Translations under genes and position numbers: made by a program
Shown here: one piece after another, positions 24,629 through 31,920 of the stretch
Position numbering within the stretch: the stretch's first letter is position 1
Layout of the letters: the number at the start of each line of letters is the position of its first letter
The notes under the pieces: model-generated
What the model was told of the DNA's origin: nothing
Databases searched by the model: none
The model's input: only the letters and a program-made list of their open reading frames with translations
Source: an uncultured Oscillospiraceae bacterium
Lineage (GTDB): Bacteria > Bacillota > Clostridia > Oscillospirales > Oscillospiraceae
Assembly: GCA_934590505.1 (NCBI GenBank)
Contig: CAKTPC010000001.1
Coordinates: forward strand, 1-57,687
DNA length: 57,687 nt
Direction: 5' to 3'

Positions 24629-25395
24629 ACGAGGAATTTGAGCGTAAGCTGGATGAGCTTGCGCGGCTTGTAACGCAGGCAAAGCACACTGTGCTCTTCG
24701 GCGGAGCGGGAATGTCCACCGAGAGCGGGCTTGCGGATTTCCGCAGCGCGGTGTCCGGGCTTTATAACAATAAGGAGTTCTACGGTTATTCCGCGGAGCG
24801 GATACTCTCGCGGGAATTCTTTGAAGAGCACCCGGAAATAATGTTCAATTTCTACCGCACCGAGCTGCTGAACCTCGATGCGCGCCCGAATCTGGCACAC
24901 TTCGCGCTGGCGTGGATGGAAGAAAAGGGGATGCTTTCCTCAATCATCACGCAGAACGGCGACGCGCTGCACCAGCGCGCCGGCAGCAGAAAGGTCTTTG
25001 ACCTGCATGGGAACGTGTATAAAAACACCTGCCTCAAGTGCGGGAAGAGCCACGATGTGCGCCGTGTGAAATACTGCGAGGGGATACCGTACTGCGAGTG
25101 CGGCGGCATTATCCGCCCCGGAATAGTCCTTTTCGGCGAAACGCCCGATCCCGATGTGATCTTCGGCTGCGTGAAGGAGATCGCGCAGTGCGACCTTCTG
25201 ATCGCGGCGGGAACATCGCTGAGAGTGTCGTCCGCCGGACGGCTGCTTGACCGCTTCAGAGGTATGCTTGTGATACTTAACAATGATGAGACCGCGCTTG
25301 ACGACCGCGCAGACCTGATAGTACGCGGAAAAATGGGCGAGATATTCTCCGCTCTGTGGGAAAGGCTTAAAAGATATGAACGAGATACTGCATGA
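24625..25395 (+). CDS. NAD-dependent protein deacylase (Sir2/CobB family sirtuin)
   Basis: GAGMSTESGLADFRS, ITQNGDALH, DLHGN (catalytic His), zinc ribbon CLKCG...CECGG. The GTG start overlaps the ligase stop (GTGA). Confidence 0.85.
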   Translation: MNEEFERKLDELARLVTQAKHTVLFGGAGMSTESGLADFRSAVSGLYNNKEFYGYSAERILSREFFEEHPEIMFNFYRTELLNLDARPNLAHFALAWMEEKGMLSSIITQNGDALHQRAGSRKVFDLHGNVYKNTCLKCGKSHDVRRVKYCEGIPYCECGGIIRPGIVLFGETPDPDVIFGCVKEIAQCDLLIAAGTSLRVSSAGRLLDRFRGMLVILNNDETALDDRADLIVRGKMGEIFSALWERLKRYERDTA

Positions 25396-26701
25396 GACTG
25401 AGAGCCTCTGCCCAGTCTGCCTGAAGAAAATACCTGCCCGCTATGAGCGCATAGACGGCAAAGCCTATATGGTCAAGGACTGCCCGGAGCACGGACACTT
25501 CAAGGTGTTGTTCTGGCGCGACGCGGATATGTATGTCAACTGGATGCGGCAGGGGATACATGCCCCCGCCAAAGACAGAGGCCGCCCGGAGGAACACGGC
25601 TGCCCATATGACTGCGGCCTGTGCGACGCGCACCACAGCGGCACCTGTACATCGATACTGGAGATAACCTACCGCTGCAATATGCAGTGCAAAATATGCT
25701 TTGCCGACGCGAATGCGGAGCGCTTCGACCCGGACAGAGAGCAGATACGCAGGATGTTCAAAACGGCGCTGGGAGCTAACAAGTATTGCTCCGTGCAGCT
25801 CAGCGGCGGCGAGCCGACAGTGAGAGATGATCTGCCTGAGCTTGTGCGCATGGGCAAGGAGATGGGGATAATCCACCTCCAGGTAAACTCAAACGGTATC
25901 CGAATCGCGCAGGATATAGACTATCTGCGTCAGCTGAAGGAGGCCGGGATCGACCTGATATACCTCCAGTTCGACGGTGTGGATGATGAGATATACCGCA
26001 CGATACGCGGCAGGGACATGCTGGATATAAAGCTGAAAGCCATCGAAAACTGCGAGAAGCTCGGTGTCGGCGTGCTGCTTGTCCCCGTTGTGATCCCGGG
26101 CGTGAACCTGCACAGGCTCGGCGAGATAGTTGCATTTGCGAAAAAGCATATCCCGACTGTCAAGGGTATCCACTTCCAGCCGGTCAGCTATTTCGGCCGC
26201 TATCCGGGACAGACTCCGCCGGACGAGAGCCGCTGCGGACTTGACGATGTGCTCCACGCGCTGACAGAGCAGTGCTCGGAAGAACTTGCGATGGACAACT
26301 TTGTTCCGCGCAAGCAGTTTGACCCGCACTGTGATTTTTCCAGCACCTATTATCTTGATGAGAACGGGAAGCTCATCTGCATGACGCAGTTCCACCAGAA
26401 CGACTGCGATACCGAGCAGACAGACTTCGTAGAAAAGACCAATAAATACACCGACAAGCGCTGGCGTATACAGGACGGCGCAGAAGAAAAGGCAAAGACC
26501 TCGCCGCTCATGAAGTTTGCACTGCGCACGCTGACGCATTCGTTCTCGATATCCGGCAAGGGCTTTCAGGACGTGTGGAATATCGACCTCGGCAGGCTTC
26601 AGGGCTGCTGTGTCCATATGATAACCGGAGACGGTGACGTTGTTCCGTTCTGCGCGTTCCACCTCACCAGCGAGACCGGAGAGAGACTGTATCATAACTG
26701 A
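25376..26701 (+). CDS. Radical SAM protein, MJ0619 / tetraether-synthase-like architecture (copy 2, with complete auxiliary Cys motif)
   Basis: SLCPVCLKKI...CPEHGHF, GCPYDCGLCDAHHSGTC, YRCNMQCKICF, GGEPTVRDD, QGCCVHM...PFCAFH. Overlaps the sirtuin gene by 20 nt. Confidence 0.8.
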   Translation: MNEILHETESLCPVCLKKIPARYERIDGKAYMVKDCPEHGHFKVLFWRDADMYVNWMRQGIHAPAKDRGRPEEHGCPYDCGLCDAHHSGTCTSILEITYRCNMQCKICFADANAERFDPDREQIRRMFKTALGANKYCSVQLSGGEPTVRDDLPELVRMGKEMGIIHLQVNSNGIRIAQDIDYLRQLKEAGIDLIYLQFDGVDDEIYRTIRGRDMLDIKLKAIENCEKLGVGVLLVPVVIPGVNLHRLGEIVAFAKKHIPTVKGIHFQPVSYFGRYPGQTPPDESRCGLDDVLHALTEQCSEELAMDNFVPRKQFDPHCDFSSTYYLDENGKLICMTQFHQNDCDTEQTDFVEKTNKYTDKRWRIQDGAEEKAKTSPLMKFALRTLTHSFSISGKGFQDVWNIDLGRLQGCCVHMITGDGDVVPFCAFHLTSETGERLYHN

Positions 26702-26719
26702 TGGTAAGGGAGGATCACA

Positions 26720-26917
26720 ATGAAACGAATGGGCATTGACCCGGAAATGCGCCTCGGCGAGGCGATGGAGCTGTATCCGCAGTCGTTCCAGATGTTCCGT
26801 CAGATCGGTATGTGCTGCGTAAACCCGGATAACGAAAACCTGACAGTGCACGAGCTGTGCACGAGTCTCGGCGTAGAAACGGACAGCTTTCTCGAAGCGG
26901 TCAATTCTATGATATAG
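26720..26917 (+). CDS. DUF1858-like small protein (hybrid-cluster-protein-associated redox-disulfide-type domain)
   Basis: 65 aa with a GGGAGG SD. IDPEMRLGEAMELYPQSFQMFRQIGMCCVNP...LTVHELC...GVETDSFLEAVN matches the DUF1858 pattern. Confidence 0.6.
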   Translation: MKRMGIDPEMRLGEAMELYPQSFQMFRQIGMCCVNPDNENLTVHELCTSLGVETDSFLEAVNSMI

Positions 26918-26955
26918 GATCGACCGCGCGAAGGGCGCGTTTTTATATTGAATAT

Positions 26956-26971
26956 ATCGAAATATTTCGAT
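26956..26971. promoter_or_regulatory. Perfect 16-nt palindrome (candidate ArsR-type operator) inside a promoter-like element
   Basis: ATCGAAATATTTCGAT lies between TTGAAT (26948-26953) and TGTATATAG (26971-26979), 30 nt upstream of the SBP start. Confidence 0.45.
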
Positions 26972-26999
26972 GTATATAGAAGAAAAAAGGAGAATCCAA

Positions 27000-28148
27000 A
27001 TGAAAAAGCTTGTAAGTATCATCATTCTTGTCTGCATGCTTTCCGCGCTGGTTCTGACCGGATGCGGCAGCGAGCAGACTCCTGCTGCTGACAGCCAGCC
27101 CGCAGATGCAGCCGCCCCTGCCGAGACGGAAGCTGCTGCGGCGGAAACACCCAAAGAGCCCGTTACTCTCAAGGTCGGCCTGCTCGGCAAGTCAGTGAAG
27201 CCGGTCGGCGTACTCGTCGCCGATGCCATGGGCTACTTTGACGAGGAGGGCGTGAAGGTCGAGTTTGAAAAGGTATCCAGCATGAACGATGCCTATATGG
27301 CAGTTTCCACCGGTGACCTCGACGTTTACCTCTTTTCCAGCACCGCTGCCGCGACCTTTATTTCCCAGGGCACTACCACCCTGCGCGTGTTCGGCGGCAC
27401 CGCTGCCGAGGGCTCCGAGATAATCGCCGCTAAGGGCACGCCGCATATCACCGGGGTCGACGACCTGCTTGGCAAGACCATTGCCTGCCAGATGCCCGAG
27501 ACCGGCCAGATGGTTCTGAAGAACTATCTGCTCGAGCAGGGCTATACCATCGGCGCACCCGGTGAGGGCGCGGACGTCACCTTCGTGTATGTCAACGACG
27601 GCAACACCGCAGTCGAGGGCTGCACCAAGGGCGAGTATGACTACTGCATCACGAACTCCTGCCTTGGCTATTATGCCGAGAGCTTCGGCGCGGAGCTTGT
27701 CGGAAGCGTAAAGCAGTTTGTCGAGACCTATCCCTGCTGCCGCCAGACCTGCAGTCAGGAGGCTTATGAGAACAAGTTCGACGCACTCGTCGCCTTTGAG
27801 ACCGCGACCCTGCGCGGATACCGCTACTACCTCGAAAACGAGGAAGCCACCCTTGATATCCTTGAAGCCTACGCCGGTGAGGATAGAGAGTTCCTGAAAG
27901 CGCAGGTCTACGGCACGGATACATACACTCCGGTAATGCGTCTCTCGCTCGACCCGGATAAGACAGCCTGCGTCAAATTCTATGAGGCGATGGCGAACCT
28001 CGGCGAGATCACCGACACCGTAGAGGTCGATTGGAACGATTATGTTGTCACCGACGTTTATGGCACTGCCCTCAAGACCCTTGCCGAGCGCGAGAGCGAT
28101 GTCGCCCTCTGGCAGGAGTTGACCGAGTACTTCAATACTCACGACTGA
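27000..28148 (+). CDS. ABC transporter substrate-binding lipoprotein (NMT1/THI5-like, NitT/TauT class)
   Basis: Start at MKKLVSIIILVCMLSALVLTGCGS (lipobox) with an AAAGGAG SD. Ala/Pro/Glu linker. Followed by a NitT/TauT-type ATPase and permease. Confidence 0.8.
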   Translation: MKKLVSIIILVCMLSALVLTGCGSEQTPAADSQPADAAAPAETEAAAAETPKEPVTLKVGLLGKSVKPVGVLVADAMGYFDEEGVKVEFEKVSSMNDAYMAVSTGDLDVYLFSSTAAATFISQGTTTLRVFGGTAAEGSEIIAAKGTPHITGVDDLLGKTIACQMPETGQMVLKNYLLEQGYTIGAPGEGADVTFVYVNDGNTAVEGCTKGEYDYCITNSCLGYYAESFGAELVGSVKQFVETYPCCRQTCSQEAYENKFDALVAFETATLRGYRYYLENEEATLDILEAYAGEDREFLKAQVYGTDTYTPVMRLSLDPDKTACVKFYEAMANLGEITDTVEVDWNDYVVTDVYGTALKTLAERESDVALWQELTEYFNTHD

Positions 28149-28149
28149 T

Positions 28150-28929
28150 ATGCCGTCTATTGACTTGCGCGCCGTGCGCTTTTGTTATAAGAACGCGCGG
28201 CAGAAAACAGAAGCGCTGCATGGGGTCGACCTCAGCATTGCCGACGGCGAATTTGTCTGCGTCATCGGCCCGTCGGGCTGCGGCAAAAGCACGCTCCTGC
28301 GTCTGCTTGCCGGATTGGATATGCCCGATGGCGGAGAAATAAGCATCGGCGGACAGCCGGTGGAAGGGCCGGGAGCCGACCGAATGATAGTCTTTCAGGA
28401 CTATGCGCTGTTTCCATGGCTCACTGCGGAAAAGAACATCAGCTTTGCCCTCAGCAGGGCAAAGCGTGTTCCGCGCGCCGAGGCGAAGCGCACGGCGGCG
28501 GAGTACCTGCAAAAGGTAGGTATGGCACAGGCCGCGGATTACTATCCGTGTCAGCTCTCCGGTGGTATGAAGCAGCGCGTCGCGATAGCACGCGCTCTTG
28601 CAATGGACACGGACATCCTCCTGCTCGACGAACCGTTCGGCGCGCTGGATGCCAAGATACGTGCTTCTCTTCAGGAGCTGCTGCTGGCGCTCTGGGCAAA
28701 CGACGGTGGGAAGAAAAAGACTGTCGTCTTTGTCACGCATGATATCAACGAGGCGCTTATTCTTGCTGACCGTATTGTTTATATGCAGCCCGGAAAGATA
28801 GCCGGTGAGCTCAGGATAGACATACCTCGCCCGCGCAGGAATGTTGAAAGCAGCGAGGAGTTCGGCGCGTACCGCAGGACGCTCATGCGGCTTTTTGAGG
28901 GCGAGGATACGGAGGTGGCGGAGCTGTGA
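28150..28929 (+). CDS. ABC transporter ATP-binding protein (NitT/TauT/SsuB-like)
   Basis: GPSGCGKSTLLRLLAGL, MIVFQDYALFPWLT, LSGGMKQRVAIARAL, LLLDEPFGALD. Confidence 0.9.
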   Translation: MPSIDLRAVRFCYKNARQKTEALHGVDLSIADGEFVCVIGPSGCGKSTLLRLLAGLDMPDGGEISIGGQPVEGPGADRMIVFQDYALFPWLTAEKNISFALSRAKRVPRAEAKRTAAEYLQKVGMAQAADYYPCQLSGGMKQRVAIARALAMDTDILLLDEPFGALDAKIRASLQELLLALWANDGGKKKTVVFVTHDINEALILADRIVYMQPGKIAGELRIDIPRPRRNVESSEEFGAYRRTLMRLFEGEDTEVAEL

Positions 28930-29846
28930 AAAAAGGGAATATAGCGTTCGCCGCTGCACATGTGCTCCTTGCAGCTCTTCTCGCGATAGTCGTCTTTGCA
29001 GCAAAGCAGCGCCCAACAGTCCGCGCCGGCGGCTCGATGCTCGTCGGGCTTGCAATCATAGAGCTGCTGTTTCTTGCAAAGTATTTCTCAGCGCGCAGAA
29101 ATAGAAACGAAACTTCGTCGTGCGATATAATGATTTTCGTCTGGCTGCTGCTTATCGCGTGGGAACTGTGCACCTCGGTGTTCAACATCGCACACCCGGT
29201 TCTTGTGCCGTGCCCGGAGAATGTTTTTGATACCTTCCGCGAACAGTGGCGCGAGATGCTTTTGAACGTCGCGTATTCCATGGAACTGCTGACGATCGGC
29301 TTTGTGACCGGTATGGTGCTGGCTGTGCTGCTCGGCCTTATAGCGGGCTGGTTCCCGCGTCTGCGCGGCTTTGCCTATCCGATCGCAAATGTCATGGCGC
29401 CGATACCCGCTGTGGTGTTCTCGCCGTATCTTGTCGCACTGATGCCGAGCTTTCGCAGTGCGTCCGCGCTCGTCATAATACTCGGCGTGTTCTGGCCGAC
29501 GTTTCTCACGACCATCAACCGCGTGGAGTCTATGGATCCGCGCATACTTGACTCTGCCCGTATGCTGAATCTTCGCAGCTCGGATATGATCTGGCGAGTG
29601 CTTTTGCCGTATGTCATTCCGGGCATCGTTTCCGGACTCAAGGTATCTGTTACAACGTCTCTGCTCATGCTGAACTTTGCCGAGCTGATGGGCGCGGCGC
29701 ACGGTATGGGCTACTATATCCAGAACAGCATAACCTACGCAAACTATACGCATGCCGTTGCCGGCATCGTATGTATCGCTATCGTTGTCACTGTACTCAA
29801 CAAACTTGTGACCGCATTCCAGAGGAAAGCGATCGTCTGGAGGTAA
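28926..29846 (+). CDS. ABC transporter permease (NitT/TauT family)
   Basis: 306 aa, hydrophobic, single permease module. The GTG start overlaps the ATPase stop (GTGA). Confidence 0.8.
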   Translation: MKKGNIAFAAAHVLLAALLAIVVFAAKQRPTVRAGGSMLVGLAIIELLFLAKYFSARRNRNETSSCDIMIFVWLLLIAWELCTSVFNIAHPVLVPCPENVFDTFREQWREMLLNVAYSMELLTIGFVTGMVLAVLLGLIAGWFPRLRGFAYPIANVMAPIPAVVFSPYLVALMPSFRSASALVIILGVFWPTFLTTINRVESMDPRILDSARMLNLRSSDMIWRVLLPYVIPGIVSGLKVSVTTSLLMLNFAELMGAAHGMGYYIQNSITYANYTHAVAGIVCIAIVVTVLNKLVTAFQRKAIVWR

Positions 29847-29850
29847 GAAT

Positions 29851-30606
29851 ATGGAATCAATAGATAAGCTCTGTTGCTGCTGCGGGCAGGAGGAGAACTT
29901 CAATAACTGTCTCATCTGCGGCAAGCCCCTGATCTATTCCGGGAAAACCGTTATGCGCCGCTGCGCCGTGTGCGGAGAGGAGAAACCGTCGGATGCCGTG
30001 TGCGAGGACGGACATTTTGTGTGCGACGAGTGCCATAATAAGGACGGCGCGGCTGTATGCGCAAGGCTCCTGAACACGGACGAGAAGGACCCGATAAAAA
30101 TTTTCCTTGACGTCGTGAAGCTTCCGTCGGTACACATGCACGGACCGGAGCACCACTGCATTGTGCCATGCGTACTTCTCACCGCGTATAAAAATAACGG
30201 CGGGGATATCGATCTGCGCGAATGTCTGGACGAGGCGTGGAAGCGCGGCAAGAAGCTCTCGGGCGGCTCGTGCGGTTTCCTCGGTGTGTGCGGTGCGGCG
30301 GCGGGAGCCGGTATCTATGCAAGCATCCTTTCCGAGGCTACCCCGCTTACGGCGGAGGTCTGGGCTGTGCCGCAGAGAATGACCATGCGCTGCCTTGAGA
30401 CGCTGGTCGCAACAGGCGGTCCGCGCTGCTGCAAACGCACCGGGCGGCAGTCTATCGAGACGGCGGTCGAGTTTACAAAGGAACGCTTCGGCGTAGATAT
30501 GCCCGTGAGTCGGCCGCGCTGTGAGTTCTTCCCGAGAAATAAAGAATGCCTGCATGAGCGCTGCCCGTATTTTCCTGCCGTCAGCATAAAGACCGGGGAG
30601 GCATGA
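29851..30606 (+). CDS. Cysteine-rich protein: N-terminal zinc ribbons plus a C_GCAxxG_C_C/DUF5714-like putative redox domain
   Basis: CCCCG, CLICG, CAVCG, CEDGHFVCDECH, then HGPEHHCIVPC, GSCGFLGVCGAAAGAG (GCAxxG-like) and GGPRCCKRTG (C-C). GGAGG SD. Confidence 0.6.
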   Translation: MESIDKLCCCCGQEENFNNCLICGKPLIYSGKTVMRRCAVCGEEKPSDAVCEDGHFVCDECHNKDGAAVCARLLNTDEKDPIKIFLDVVKLPSVHMHGPEHHCIVPCVLLTAYKNNGGDIDLRECLDEAWKRGKKLSGGSCGFLGVCGAAAGAGIYASILSEATPLTAEVWAVPQRMTMRCLETLVATGGPRCCKRTGRQSIETAVEFTKERFGVDMPVSRPRCEFFPRNKECLHERCPYFPAVSIKTGEA

Positions 30607-30610
30607 TATC

Positions 30611-31006
30611 ATGAACGAGTATCTCAGAGTGTTCCGGGCACTGTCCGACGAGAACCGTATAAAGATCCTTGAGAAGCTGAGCGAGGGTGAGCAGTGTGCC
30701 TGCTGCCTGCTGGAGGGATTGGGGATCAGTCAGTCCACGCTGTCGCACCATATGAAGATCCTGTGTGAGTCCGGGCTTGTGCGCGGTGAGCGCGTAGGCG
30801 TATGGATGTATTATTCCATCGACGGCGAGGGCTGCCGCCATGCCGGGAAGCTCCTCAACTCAGTTGCCAACGGCGATATGAAACGCTGGCTCAGATTCTT
30901 CAGGATCGTTGCACGTATTGTAAAGCCGTTTGCCGGGAAAGCACCAGAATCAAAATCGGACTATGCACGTTGCTGCTGCGACGGTACAGCGGCAGAAAAG
31001 TGCTGA
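30611..31006 (+). CDS. ArsR/SmtB-family metal(loid)/thiol-responsive transcriptional repressor
   Basis: FRALSDENRIKILEKLSEGEQCACCLLEGLGISQSTLSHHMKIL (wHTH with a CxCC site in the alpha3 position), plus the C-terminal Cys cluster ARCCCDG...EKC. Confidence 0.85.
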   Translation: MNEYLRVFRALSDENRIKILEKLSEGEQCACCLLEGLGISQSTLSHHMKILCESGLVRGERVGVWMYYSIDGEGCRHAGKLLNSVANGDMKRWLRFFRIVARIVKPFAGKAPESKSDYARCCCDGTAAEKC

Positions 31007-31324
31007 ATAAGTGTACTCAAAAAACAAAGCACGGGAGAGGGATCATTGCTGTTCCGCTTCCGTGCTTTGCTTCTGTTATAGGCTCTCGTTTTAAGAGCGA
31101 GGATTCAATCATGCGAAAGTATGAGAAAACGATTGCCAATCATGGCAGATTCAAGCAGTGCTTTAGCGATGTACTCGGGTTTCGGCTTCGCTTCGATGAT
31201 TACGCGCGCTGCCATGCCTTGGATGAGGACAGAGAGAAGATACTCGCTGAATTTTCATCCTGAGCGCTGTGCGTTCGTGCTCTATAGAAAATATATCGAC
31301 CGGCCAAAATTTCCGATTATAACT

Positions 31325-31370
31325 AAAAAGTTGGGTGTACCAGGTTTTCCCGGGTACACCCAACTTTTTT
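31325..31370. terminator. Strong bidirectional rho-independent terminator
   Basis: aaaaagttgggtgtacc (31325-31341) / gggtacacccaactttttt (31352-31370). Confidence 0.75.
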
Positions 31371-31382
31371 GGTTTAGAACCT

Positions 31383-31826
31383 TTATTCCCTGCGCCAGTG
31401 CCTGAGTCCGGGGACGACCGCTTCCATGTGCGCGCGCACCTGTTCGGGCGGCCAGGCATCGCTTGCCATATGCTCAACGCAGAAGTCGATAAGCTGTTCC
31501 GGGCTTGAATACTTGAACTCGCCGCCCGTGTAGCACCACTTGCAGTATTCCTCGTTGAGCTCACCGTCGGGCTCCGCGCTGATCGTTGAATCGTCAAGCG
31601 GCATCCCGCAGCACTGACATACAAGCTGCTGCGGTGAGCCTAAAAGCGTGTTGATCGAAACTCTAAAGAGCTTTGACAGAAGCTTCAGCGCCTCAGTGTT
31701 CGGCACGGTCTCGCCGGTTTCCCAGCGAGATACGGCCTGCCGGGTGACGAAAAGCTTTTCCGCAAGCTCGTCCTGAGAAAGCTCCGCCTTAGTGCGCAGT
31801 TCGCGTATAACATCCTTGGTCTCCAT
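31383..31826 (-). CDS. XRE-family HTH regulator fused to a C-terminal putative zinc-ribbon domain
   Basis: IRELRTKAELSQDELAEKLFVTRQAVSRWETGETVP (HTH_3), then CQCCGMPL...EYCKWCYTGGEF (zinc-ribbon pattern). Confidence 0.8.
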   Translation of the reverse strand: METKDVIRELRTKAELSQDELAEKLFVTRQAVSRWETGETVPNTEALKLLSKLFRVSINTLLGSPQQLVCQCCGMPLDDSTISAEPDGELNEEYCKWCYTGGEFKYSSPEQLIDFCVEHMASDAWPPEQVRAHMEAVVPGLRHWRRE

Positions 31827-31920
31827 TTTGCCCCTCCATGATCGGAATAAATTATTGCTGCATTTACTTCGATTATATCAGGAATGCTCCCGAGGTCAAG
31901 CAACGCGCGGTTGCGGAGGA

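Noticed and set aside
24625-25395. Sirtuin as a marker of an anti-phage system (Thoeris ThsA, DSR, SIR2-HerA, SIR2-Argonaute).
   Set aside because: It is a 256-aa stand-alone canonical CobB-type sirtuin with a Zn ribbon. It has no SLOG, HerA, Argonaute, TIR or large effector domains, and it is embedded by overlaps in a metabolic operon.
22014-26917. Radical-SAM genes plus a 65-aa ORF as a RiPP cluster (maturase plus precursor peptide).
   Set aside because: The radical-SAM proteins show no SPASM/twitch or RiPP-recognition pattern that I can see. The small ORF matches the DUF1858 fold pattern rather than a leader-core peptide. No protease or exporter is present, and the ABC system has an importer-type lipoprotein SBP.
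25889-27229. 446-aa minus-strand ORF across radical-SAM copy 2, the DUF1858-like gene and the SBP start.
   Set aside because: It spans three well-supported plus-strand genes and an intergenic region, and has no motifs. It is a shadow ORF.
31111-31263. 50-codon ORF (MRKYEKTIANHGRFKQCFSDVLGFRLRFDDYARCHALDEDREKILAEFSS) with a GAGG 8 nt upstream, between arsR and the bidirectional terminator.
   Set aside because: It is too short and has no recognisable family. It could be a remnant or a real micro-protein, and I cannot support either from sequence alone.
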